The notes under the pieces are model-generated. The model was not told the DNA's origin. It did not search any database and saw only the letters and a program-made list of their open reading frames with translations. The translations under genes and the position numbers were made by a program. Below, in pieces: positions 33,732 through 42,247 of a stretch of 64,000 nucleotides of DNA (position 1 is its first letter; every line of letters starts with the position of its first letter). Origin of the DNA: an uncultured Thermomicrobiales bacterium (GTDB lineage: Bacteria; Chloroflexota; Chloroflexia; Thermomicrobiales; CADCWN01); the NCBI GenBank assembly GCA_902806415.1, contig CADCWN010000015.1, positions 57,229 through 121,228 on the forward strand, in the 5' to 3' direction.

Positions 33732-36371
33732 ATGGCCTGGGTGGGCGCGATGCAAGATCGGTCAGCGCGGGCTACCCCGCCATCGCGACGCGAAAGGCAG
33801 AGGTTGGCGGTGGAATGGGGAGGACTCCTGCGCAAAGTGCGCGCGCAGGATGCCGCAGAGATCGGCGCGAATGCACCACTGAAGGACGCCACGTCGGCGT
33901 ACCAGACGCCCGCCGCCGATCCCGCGCCGCCGGTGACAAATCTGCCGACGGGCGCGCCACCGAGCCAGCGACGCACCTGGGCGAGCGGCGCGTTCCTCGC
34001 CGCCGCCGCGCGCCTCGTCGCGCGGGGTGAGGAAACGACCTATACCCTGCGCCGGGTTGTCGAATGGGCCACGGCGGCTACCGGTGCCCGGCGCGCGATC
34101 CTCTGGGCGATCGAGGGCGATACCGAGCAACCGTTGACGATATTGGCCTGGGCCGCGACCGATGGGTGGCGGCCCGACGAAGCATCCGCACCGCGCCTCA
34201 GCGCGTCGCCGTCCCTGCTGCGCGCGATCCGCAGCCCCACGACCGTGCTGATCGACCTGAACCGCCCGATGGAGCAAGCCGTCAGTTGGGGCGACATCAT
34301 CGGCGTCGAACCGATCGCGATCTGCGCCGCGATCAGCGGCGGTGAGCCGCGCGGTATCCTCGCCGTGGCGGGGATACCACCGGGGAGCGAGGCGACGACG
34401 TTCGGGGAAGATGCGCGCGCGGCACTCGCCGCTTGCGCCGCGCTCGCGGCGATCGTCTTCGAGCGTCGCAAGGAGGATGGGGTGAGCGCGGGCACCACGC
34501 CCGCGCCCGCCGAGCCGACAACCACCGTGGCGGCGACCGGGACACCGCCGGCCGGGGAGACGGTCCCCACCGCCGCCGATCCGTTCCTGCGCCTGCCGAA
34601 TCGTGCGGCGATGCTGGCGCGACTGCGCGAGGAGATCGGGCGCGCGCGCCGATTCGGCCACCCGTTCGCCCTGCTCATCCTTGATGCCGACCGGGTCGAA
34701 GAGTGGGTCGGGCATGTGGGCGCGGGCGCGATTCCCACCCTGCTCACCCATCTGGTCGAGGTTGTCAGGGACTCGGTACGCGATGTTGACCTGATCGGGC
34801 GCGGCGATGACGACGAGTTCATCCTCATCCTGCCGATGAGCGAGGTAGACGATGCCCTGCGCGTCGGGGAGCGGATCCGCGCGACCCTGGAACAGCGCCA
34901 GCCGGGGGGGCTCCTCCACGCCCCGGGCTTGCGCCTGACCATCAGCGGCGGCGTGGTCGGCTACCCGGACGACGGCACGGGTGCCGAGGAACTGCTGCAC
35001 GCCGCCGAGCGCACCGTCCTCTACGCGAAGCGGATGGGGCGCGATCAGATCCGCCTGTGCGGCCTGGGCGAGATGGAATCGCCCTCGTCGCGGCCTGCGC
35101 CACCGACCCCGGATCGTGCGGTCGCCGTGCCGGAAGGGCCGCAAATCACCCGGGTCTTCCAGGGTCTGCTCGACGCGCTGGCGACCGCTGGCGACGCGCA
35201 CGATCAGGCACGACCGGGACATGGCCGAGCGGTCGGGCGCTACGCGCGGGCGCTGGCCGAAGCGTGCGGGCTCGACGCGGCACAGGCAGGCACGATCGAA
35301 CTAGCCGGGATGTTGCACGACGCGGGGAAGATCGGCCTCCCCCGGGCGATCCTCGGTAAGCGCGGCACCCTGACGGCAGAGGAGCGGGCGATCCTGCGCG
35401 AGCAACCGGCCGTCGGCAAACTGATGCTGATGCAGATTCCCTCGCTGGAAGGGGTGATCCCGCTGGTCGAGTACGCGCACGAGCGTTACGACGGCAACGG
35501 CTACCCGGCGGGGTTGCGGGGCAATCAGATCCCCTTCGGCTCGCGGATCATCGCGCTCGCCGAGGGTTACGAGGCGATGACCAGCGACCGTCCCTACCGC
35601 CGCGCGCTCAGCCACAGCATGGCGATCACCGAACTCTGGCGCGAGGCGGGCGGTCGCTACGACCCTCGCCTGGTCGATACATTCGTGCGACTCGTCAGGC
35701 CAACCGGCGAAGGGGAGAACGCCGCCGCTTGGGATCCGGCGTTGCTAGAGCAGATCCCGGTCGAACACGTCCCAACGCCGGAGGGCAGCGACGAATCAGC
35801 GTGGCGCGCGCGCAAGGACACAGCGGTCGCCGCGTCGAGCGGGCCGGTGCATGGGCCGATGGTCGGAGTGGGGGTCGAAGCTCACGACGCCCAGGGTCAA
35901 GTATCCACCACGGAGCAGGTGCCCGACAGCGCCCGGACACACCAGCCGACTGAAGTGGGGCAGATCGATCCGGCGAGCGGCATCGCCGCCGCAGATGAGG
36001 AATTTACTCGACTCGCGCCGTCCCCGTCCAGACCAGAGGGCGACACCAACACCCCAAACGCGGCGGCGCAAGCGGAGATCAGCGTGCCCGATAACGCGCC
36101 CCCCGTCCCCGCCCACACCGCCCGAGGAGCGGGTACCGGGCCGCCGCCCTCGCGAGAACTGGCGCAGGGATCGCTCGCCGCCGACCAGGCGTCACCGGCC
36201 AAGCGCCACCAGGGGCGGGACAATAACGACCCCGCCCGGCCGAGTGTGGACGACACGCTCCTGCTGATGAGCCAGACGACCTTGTCGCGGCTGGCCGAAC
36301 TCGATCGCCTCCACAAGCGCCGCACCGGTCCCCTCCGTCGCCGCGAGGAATCGGAGAGGGACGAGGAGTAG
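33732..36371 (+). CDS. GAF - degenerate GGDEF - HD-GYP domain protein with long low-complexity tail
   Basis: …LPNRAAMLARLREEI…FALLILDAD…VRDVDLIGRGDDDEFILILP… is a degenerate GGDEF. …GMLHDAGKIGLP…HERYDGNGYPAGL… is an HD-GYP domain. Confidence 0.85.
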   Translation: MAWVGAMQDRSARATPPSRRERQRLAVEWGGLLRKVRAQDAAEIGANAPLKDATSAYQTPAADPAPPVTNLPTGAPPSQRRTWASGAFLAAAARLVARGEETTYTLRRVVEWATAATGARRAILWAIEGDTEQPLTILAWAATDGWRPDEASAPRLSASPSLLRAIRSPTTVLIDLNRPMEQAVSWGDIIGVEPIAICAAISGGEPRGILAVAGIPPGSEATTFGEDARAALAACAALAAIVFERRKEDGVSAGTTPAPAEPTTTVAATGTPPAGETVPTAADPFLRLPNRAAMLARLREEIGRARRFGHPFALLILDADRVEEWVGHVGAGAIPTLLTHLVEVVRDSVRDVDLIGRGDDDEFILILPMSEVDDALRVGERIRATLEQRQPGGLLHAPGLRLTISGGVVGYPDDGTGAEELLHAAERTVLYAKRMGRDQIRLCGLGEMESPSSRPAPPTPDRAVAVPEGPQITRVFQGLLDALATAGDAHDQARPGHGRAVGRYARALAEACGLDAAQAGTIELAGMLHDAGKIGLPRAILGKRGTLTAEERAILREQPAVGKLMLMQIPSLEGVIPLVEYAHERYDGNGYPAGLRGNQIPFGSRIIALAEGYEAMTSDRPYRRALSHSMAITELWREAGGRYDPRLVDTFVRLVRPTGEGENAAAWDPALLEQIPVEHVPTPEGSDESAWRARKDTAVAASSGPVHGPMVGVGVEAHDAQGQVSTTEQVPDSARTHQPTEVGQIDPASGIAAADEEFTRLAPSPSRPEGDTNTPNAAAQAEISVPDNAPPVPAHTARGAGTGPPPSRELAQGSLAADQASPAKRHQGRDNNDPARPSVDDTLLLMSQTTLSRLAELDRLHKRRTGPLRRREESERDEE

Positions 36372-36453
36372 CGCCAAACGCGCAAGTCATGCCGACAGTT
36401 ACAGGGCAAGGGGGGCGGGCGAAGTTCACCCGCGCTGCCGCATTGCCATCCCA

Positions 36454-37449
36454 TCAGCTCGATACCAGCAGCGCACGCACATGCCGGGAGAGCGCATCCG
36501 CAGCGTCGTACCGCGCGCGCCACCACGAATGATCCTCTTCCGCATCGCCAGCGACGCTCGCCGCGAAGTTCGCTGCCCCGTAGATCAGCGCCCGGAAGCG
36601 GATCGCGTCGGCGAGCCTATCCAGTTCCGCCACCACCGGTCGCCGGTACTGGCAGTAGCCGTCGAGCACCGCCCTGACGCGCGCCGGATCGGGCGGGAGC
36701 GGCGGCGTCCACGACGGGGCAATCTCGCAGGACGAGAGTAGGAAGCCCAGATCGAGGATCGCCGGTCCGAGCCCCGCGCCCTCCCAATCGATCAGGACGA
36801 CCTCGCCGGTCGGAGTCGTGACGGCGTTGCCAGGGTGGCAATCGTTGTGGATGATGACGACGGGCAGCCCCTCGCAACGATCGAGTCGGTGCAGCGCCGA
36901 CACGAACCAATCGTGGCACGCCCGCTGTCGCCCGGACACTCGCGCGGCCACATGGTCGAGTTGTCCCGAGACCCAGCGAATCTCATTGGGCGGGGTCATT
37001 GACGCCCGTTGGATCGGCGGGATTGCCCCGGCGGCGGCGACCGGGTCGAGCGCATGCAATTGCCCGAGCCGTACCCCGAGCGCACGCAGGCTGGCCGGAT
37101 CGTAGACTACTGGCCGCCCTTCCACGAACGTCGTCACGAGCAGCCCCCACCCGGCGGCGCGGACGATCAGCGCCCCCGCAGTGCTTGTGATGACCCGCGC
37201 GGCGGGGAACTGCTGCCCGGCCAGGAATGTAAGCAGCGCCGCCTGGGCCGACGCGTTATTCTGGGCCGCGCCTCGCTGATAGGCGCGCAGCACCAGTGGC
37301 GCATCCTCCACTCGCTCGACCCGGTAGACGCACTTCTCGGCGGTGCGAACAAGCGGGTGCAGGGCGCGCACCCGGAGCGGGTAGTGCGCCTCGAGTAGTC
37401 CGGTGAAGAGGTCGGACTCAGCCGCCTGTGCCGTCAAGTCCACGACCAT
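36454..37449 (-). CDS. phosphotransferase enzyme family (APH/homoserine-kinase-II-like) protein
   Basis: …VVIIHNDCHPGNAVTTPTGEVVLIDWEGAGLGPAILDLG… contains the Brenner/APH catalytic-loop pattern HxDxxxxN…D. Confidence 0.8.
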   Translation of the reverse strand: MVVDLTAQAAESDLFTGLLEAHYPLRVRALHPLVRTAEKCVYRVERVEDAPLVLRAYQRGAAQNNASAQAALLTFLAGQQFPAARVITSTAGALIVRAAGWGLLVTTFVEGRPVVYDPASLRALGVRLGQLHALDPVAAAGAIPPIQRASMTPPNEIRWVSGQLDHVAARVSGRQRACHDWFVSALHRLDRCEGLPVVIIHNDCHPGNAVTTPTGEVVLIDWEGAGLGPAILDLGFLLSSCEIAPSWTPPLPPDPARVRAVLDGYCQYRRPVVAELDRLADAIRFRALIYGAANFAASVAGDAEEDHSWWRARYDAADALSRHVRALLVSS

Positions 37450-37492
37450 CCCTCACACGAATAAGCCTGACACCCCGCTCCCCGGTATCCGC

Positions 37493-38671
37493 TCATCCTC
37501 CTGAGAGTGGCTGTTGCTCCGCGACCAGGCGTTCCAGCCAGGGTACCGCCGCGCTCGGCACGGGGAGCGTCAGCATCTCCGCTTGCAACGACACGGCGTT
37601 CTGGCGGTAGCGCGGGTTCCGCAAGGTCGCCCGGACCGCCGCCCTGATCGCCCTCGGCGTGCGGTCGTCGGGCGCGACGGCGACGCCCAGACCGAGCGCG
37701 GCGCAACGCCGCGCATTCTCCGGCTGGTCGGCGGCGATCGGCACGACGACCAGTGGCAGGCCGTGCCGGATCGCGGAGCGCACGGTGCCGGAACCGCCGT
37801 GCGTGACGAGGAGATCGCAATGGGGGAACACCAAACTCTGCGGCAGATAGCGCGCGATCCGCACGTTCGGCGGCTGCGGCCCGAAGTCGGCGGGATCCTG
37901 GTTGTGGTTCACGGTCACGATCAGGTTGATCGGCTCATCCCGCAACCCGGCGAGGATCGCCGCGAGGACGCCGGGAGTGCGGTTATAGGCGGTGCCGAGG
38001 GTGGCGTAGACCCTCGGCAGATCAGGGGGCGTGTCGAACCACTCGGGCAAGCCGTCCCCGGCGCGATGGTCGTGGTCGAAATCGACGTGCTGGACAAAGT
38101 GGGCGGTGGGGGGTAAGGGCGCGGCGGGGTCCGGGTAGCGCGGGGGGAAAGGGAGGAGCGTGAGATGGCGGTGCGGCATGGCGAGATCCGGGTCGGGCGG
38201 CAGACCGAGTGCGCCGCGCAGACGATCGAGCGTGGCGATCACTGCCGGGTCAGCGATAGCGCCGCGCCAGGCGGAGATTTGCACCGCCGCGTGGGGTAGG
38301 CCCAACGATTCTGCCGCGAGCGCGCCGGCATACTCGGTATGCTCGCGCACGATCAGATCGGGTCGCCAGGCGCGGGCGACCGCCAGCACTTCCGGCAGGC
38401 GTCGCTCGGCGTCGGGGAGGAAAACGTCGCGCAAGACCGCGTCGGCCTGTGCGGGCGCGGGCGGGGGCACCCCTCGTGGCGCAGGCGACGGGTTGAGCCA
38501 ATCATCGGTGCCAGCCGGGAAAGACTGAAACCCGTATGCGTCGAGTTCCCCACATAGGAACGGCGTCGCGGCGAAGGCGACCTCGTGCCCGGCCACTTGG
38601 AGCGCACGGGCGAGCGGTGCCAACGGTCGCCAATGCCCGGTGCCGACCTGGGTCGCGAACAGGACGCGCAT
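37493..38671 (-). CDS. GT1 family (MGT/UDP-glycosyltransferase-like) glycosyltransferase
   Basis: MRVLFATQVGTGHWRPLAPLARALQVAGHEV…LLVTHGGSGTVRSAIRHGLPLVVVPIAADQPENA… I trimmed to ATG 38671. Confidence 0.85.
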   Translation of the reverse strand: MRVLFATQVGTGHWRPLAPLARALQVAGHEVAFAATPFLCGELDAYGFQSFPAGTDDWLNPSPAPRGVPPPAPAQADAVLRDVFLPDAERRLPEVLAVARAWRPDLIVREHTEYAGALAAESLGLPHAAVQISAWRGAIADPAVIATLDRLRGALGLPPDPDLAMPHRHLTLLPFPPRYPDPAAPLPPTAHFVQHVDFDHDHRAGDGLPEWFDTPPDLPRVYATLGTAYNRTPGVLAAILAGLRDEPINLIVTVNHNQDPADFGPQPPNVRIARYLPQSLVFPHCDLLVTHGGSGTVRSAIRHGLPLVVVPIAADQPENARRCAALGLGVAVAPDDRTPRAIRAAVRATLRNPRYRQNAVSLQAEMLTLPVPSAAVPWLERLVAEQQPLSGG

Positions 38672-38793
38672 GGTGGCAACATCCTCACTGTTGACACAAA
38701 GCAGCCAGTCCCGGTCACAAAGAATATCCCGGAGTCGGCCGACCACCCTGAGGCAGACGCCGGTGCTGCACCGTGGCGTCGGGGACGCCGAGA

Positions 38794-39897
38794 CTAGATT
38801 AAGTCGAAATTCGGGCGGACGTCGAGGGTGAAATCGGCCAGGCGACCGACGGGGAGGCGATAGGCCGCCGCCGCGCCGATCATCGCGGCGTTGTCGGTGC
38901 AGAGGGCGAGCGGCGGATAGCGCAGCGGCAGATCGAGCCGCCGGCCCAGGCGCTCGCGCAGCAGGCCGTTCGCCGCGACGCCGCCCGCCAGCAGCACCAT
39001 CGTCGCGCCGGACTCGCGCGCCGCGCGGGCGGTCTTCTCCACCAGCGGCTCGATGATCGCCTCCTGATACGCCGCCGCCAGGTCGGCGACCGGCAAGGTT
39101 GGCCCGAACTTCGGGGGCGTGTAGGTCGGGAACGGCGCGGCGGGGGTCGGCTGCTGCCCCTTGCTCTTGCCCTTGCGACCGCCCGTCGGACCGGTCAGGT
39201 GGTGCTTCTCGGTGGCGCGCAGCAGCGCCGTCTTCACGCCGCTGTAGCTGAAGTCGAGCGAATCGCCGAGCCAGGCGCGCGGCAGGCGATAGCGGTCGGC
39301 CTGCCCGGCAGCGGCGGCGCGCTGGATCGCTGGGCCGCCCGGATAGCCAAGGCCGAGAATCCGCGCGCCCTTGTCGAACGCCTCGCCCGCTGCGTCGTCG
39401 GTCGTCCGCCCGAGGAGGCGATAGTGGCCGTGGCCGAGCATCAGCAGCAGTTCGGTATGCCCGCCGGAGACGATCAGGCAGACGAGCGGGAAGGAAGGCG
39501 GCGGCGTAGCCTGATCTTCACCCGCCTGGAGGAGCCAGTTGGCGTAGATATGCCCCTCCAGGTGGTTAACCGGGATCAGCGGCAGCCCGCGCGACCAGGC
39601 GACCGCCTTGGCCCAATTCACCCCCACCAACAGCGCGCCCGCCAGCCCCGGCCCCTCGGTCACGGCGATCGCGTCGATCCCGTCGAGGGTCAGCCCGGCA
39701 TCGGCCAGCGCCCGCTCCACGACCGGGTTGATCGCCGTGATATGCCCGCGCGCCGCCAACTCCGGCACCACCCCGCCATAAGCGCGGTGCAGCTCGATCT
39801 GCGACGCCACGACGTTCGCCAGCACCCGCCGCCCGTCGCGAACGATCGCCGCCGCCGTCTCGTCGCACGATGTCTCGATGGCCAGGATGGTCGGCAT
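38794..39897 (-). CDS. tsaD: tRNA N6-adenosine threonylcarbamoyltransferase TsaD
   Basis: MPTILAIETSCDETAAAIV…VNHLEGHIYAN…LIVSGGHTELL…. Confidence 0.95.
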   Translation of the reverse strand: MPTILAIETSCDETAAAIVRDGRRVLANVVASQIELHRAYGGVVPELAARGHITAINPVVERALADAGLTLDGIDAIAVTEGPGLAGALLVGVNWAKAVAWSRGLPLIPVNHLEGHIYANWLLQAGEDQATPPPSFPLVCLIVSGGHTELLLMLGHGHYRLLGRTTDDAAGEAFDKGARILGLGYPGGPAIQRAAAAGQADRYRLPRAWLGDSLDFSYSGVKTALLRATEKHHLTGPTGGRKGKSKGQQPTPAAPFPTYTPPKFGPTLPVADLAAAYQEAIIEPLVEKTARAARESGATMVLLAGGVAANGLLRERLGRRLDLPLRYPPLALCTDNAAMIGAAAAYRLPVGRLADFTLDVRPNFDLI

Positions 39898-39908
39898 ATC
39901 AGTACTCC

Positions 39909-39996
39909 AGTCCGTAGTCCGTAGAAGGTTCGTAGGTATGCTAATGCTTTACTTTTCTGCAGTCCCTCTACGGACTACGGACTACGGACTACGGAC
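39909..39996. repeat. heptamer-array hairpin element (locus E)
   Basis: AGTCCGT AGTCCGT AGAAGGT, an AT-rich loop, then CCTCTAC (GGACTAC)x3 GGAC. The rimI stop TAG (39982..39984) lies inside the right arm. Confidence 0.9.
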
Positions 39997-40593
39997 CGCC
40001 CCATTCGGCGAATCATGCCACCGCGCCAGCCTCAGGCCGAGGGTGGCGCGCAACCCGGCCAGGCTTTCGAGGGTCGGGCTTTCGTTGAGGGCTGGCGACC
40101 ACATGATGTGAGCGTCCTCGCCATTGTCGCTGTAATAACGCTTGCGGAGGCCCTGCCGCGTGAAACCGTACTTCTCGTAGAGCGCCAGCGCGCTGGCGTT
40201 GGAGACGCGCACCTCCAGCGTCACCCAGCGCGAGCGGCGGCGGATCGCCTCATCGATCATCGTCACGAAGAGGAGTTCGCCGAGCGACCGCCCGCGCTGC
40301 TCGGGCAGGACACCGATCGTGGTGATGTGCGCCTCGTCGAGCATATTCCACATCCCGCCGAAGCCGAGAATCGGCGGTTTCGCGGGGTCCGCGCGGCGCA
40401 CGAACGGCAACAGGTGCAGCCCGCCGCGCGGGCGCTCGTCCGGCACGCCCGTATGCGGCGGTCGCCAGCGCACGACGATGTAGTAGTTGTGCTCGGTGTC
40501 GCGCAGTTCGCGCCGATAGGCGCTGCTCGGCCAGGGGTTGGTGAAGCAGCGGCGCTCCACCTGGCTGACTTCCTGGACATCGTCTTGGGTCAT
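39982..40593 (-). CDS. rimI: ribosomal-protein-alanine N-acetyltransferase RimI-like GNAT
   Basis: MTQDDVQEVSQVERRCFTNPW…ITTIGVLPEQRGRSLGELLF…LEVRVSNASALALYEKYGF… The track ORF (to 40725) adds about 44 aa that translate repeat locus F. The start is set to ATG 40593, with GTG 40605 as an alternative. Confidence 0.8.
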   Translation of the reverse strand: MTQDDVQEVSQVERRCFTNPWPSSAYRRELRDTEHNYYIVVRWRPPHTGVPDERPRGGLHLLPFVRRADPAKPPILGFGGMWNMLDEAHITTIGVLPEQRGRSLGELLFVTMIDEAIRRRSRWVTLEVRVSNASALALYEKYGFTRQGLRKRYYSDNGEDAHIMWSPALNESPTLESLAGLRATLGLRLARWHDSPNGAVRSP

Positions 40594-40624
40594 CGGCTCG
40601 ATCACGAACGGCACGGCACGCCTC

Positions 40625-40700
40625 GGTAGATAGTCGGTAGTCGGTAGTCCGTAGAAGGGCGGCGACTCTGCTTCCCTATCCGCCCACTCGCCAGTGGCTA
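40625..40700. repeat. heptamer-array element (locus F)
   Basis: GGTAGAT AGTCGGT AGTCGGT AGTCCGT AGAAGGG CGGCGAC…CCCACTCGCCAGTGGC. It lies between the tsaB stop and the probable rimI start. Confidence 0.85.
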
Positions 40701-40728
40701 GTCGAGGGTCGCGCTTGGGGGGCATAAC

Positions 40729-41496
40729 TCAGTTATCGGGCGGCAGTCGCCAGTCGGCGACCGGCAGGGTCGGGAGCGTGGCCTCGGCGAGGGCGCGGGC
40801 GGGGTCGCCAGCGGGCGGGGCGTGCAGGTAGACCGGCTCCAGCGTATCCGCGTCATCCCACTCGTCGCGACGGAAGCGTGCCCAGGCCAACTCGGCCAGG
40901 CACCCGGCGCGGCGCGCGTTCAAGGTCGGGGAGGTCAGCAGCGCCTCGGGGGCCAGCTCGCGCCAGGCGTCGAGGCGGTCCTGTGGCAACTCGCCGCAGA
41001 CCAGGGTGGGGGCGGCGACTAGCGCCGCCAAGCCTTCCAGCGTCGTATTCTCGTACTCGGTCAGGCGACGCAAGCTTCCCTCCGGCCAGTCGTAGAGGGC
41101 GCTGACGAAACGCCCCCGCCCGGCGGCGATGACGGCGCGCACCGGGTGACCGTAGCCGCCGTGCGGGTAGGCCACCGCGTCGAGCGTCGGGATACCGAGG
41201 AGGGGCAGGCCGAGCGCGAAGCAGAGCCCTTTCGCGGTGCTCAACCCGACGCGCAAGCCATTAAACGCGCCGGGGCCGGTCGCCACCGCGACCGCGCCGA
41301 GATCGACCGGGCGCAGGGCGGCGAGTTCGAGCAGCCGCGCGGTCTCCCCCAGGATCGCCGTCGTCTGCGCGCGGCCCGCCGACCAGGAGGTTTCGCCCAG
41401 GAGTCCGCCCGCGCCGTAGAGCGCGATCCCCGCTGTCAGGGTCGAGGTGTCGAGCGCCAGCAGCGGCCCGCGCCGCGCCGCGTCAGGAGCCGACAC
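40729..41496 (-). CDS. tsaB: tRNA threonylcarbamoyladenosine biosynthesis protein TsaB
   Basis: …LLALDTSTLTAGIALYG…AVAVATGPGAFNGLRVGLSTAKGL…. Confidence 0.9.
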   Translation of the reverse strand: MSAPDAARRGPLLALDTSTLTAGIALYGAGGLLGETSWSAGRAQTTAILGETARLLELAALRPVDLGAVAVATGPGAFNGLRVGLSTAKGLCFALGLPLLGIPTLDAVAYPHGGYGHPVRAVIAAGRGRFVSALYDWPEGSLRRLTEYENTTLEGLAALVAAPTLVCGELPQDRLDAWRELAPEALLTSPTLNARRAGCLAELAWARFRRDEWDDADTLEPVYLHAPPAGDPARALAEATLPTLPVADWRLPPDN

Positions 41497-42022
41497 CGAA
41501 CGCCTCCGCCCTGATCGCCGCCAGGAGTTCGCCGGGGCGCGCGCCGCGCGGCAGGAACGCCAGGCGGCGCTTCGTCTCGCTCACGGGTGCCAGCATGATC
41601 AGCAAATGCTCGCGCGCGACCCGCTCGCCGAGACGGTCGGGCCACTCGATCGCGCAAATCCCCGCCGGATCGTCCAGCATATCCTCCAACCCGACCGACG
41701 CGACCTCCGCCTCCGTCTCCAAACGGTAGAGGTCGATATGGTACAGCCGCAGCGACGCCCCCTCGGCGTCGTGACCGTCATGCTCGTTGACGAGCGCGAA
41801 GCTCGGGCTGGTCACCCGATCGGCCACGCCAAGACCGGCGGCGAGTCCTTGCGTCAGCGCCGTCTTGCCCGCGCCGAACGTGCCGGAGAGGAGGAAGAGA
41901 TCGCCCGCCCGCGCGTGCTGGCCGAGTCGCCAGCCGAGACGTCGGGTCTGCTCGGGGCTGTGGCTGATGAAATCGAGCGTCGCGCCCCGCGTCAGCCCCG
42001 CATTCGCCCCATTCCCCGCCAT
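41483..42022 (-). CDS. tsaE: tRNA threonylcarbamoyladenosine biosynthesis ATPase TsaE
   Basis: …FLLSGTFGAGKTALTQGLA…SPSFALVNEH…LYHIDLYRL… It overlaps the tsaB start by 14 nt. Confidence 0.9.
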   Translation of the reverse strand: MAGNGANAGLTRGATLDFISHSPEQTRRLGWRLGQHARAGDLFLLSGTFGAGKTALTQGLAAGLGVADRVTSPSFALVNEHDGHDAEGASLRLYHIDLYRLETEAEVASVGLEDMLDDPAGICAIEWPDRLGERVAREHLLIMLAPVSETKRRLAFLPRGARPGELLAAIRAEAFGVGS

Positions 42023-42247
42023 TGTCTCTTACCATCCCCCGCCAGCCGCCATCCGGCGGCCCCGTTGCAGCGCGCGCACCATGCGTGCGTACTGACCAAT
42101 AGTAGCAGGGTGGGGGAAGGGTCGTCATATCGCGCGCCCGGTCGGCACCCCAAGGAGGGGCGCTGACGCGAGGCGCGGCAATTGACGCAACGCCCGCCCG
42201 CCCCATACCATGCCGCCGTATGTGGATACAGTCAGGAAGGGAGCAGC

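Noticed and set aside
33762-35222. 486-aa - strand ORF
   Set aside because: It is antisense to the GAF-GGDEF-HD-GYP gene, which has clear domain motifs in the + frame.
40594-40725. N-terminal 44 residues of the 247-aa rimI track ORF
   Set aside because: The segment translates heptamer locus F (…PPFYGLPTTDYLPRR…). GNAT homology begins after the internal ATG at 40593.
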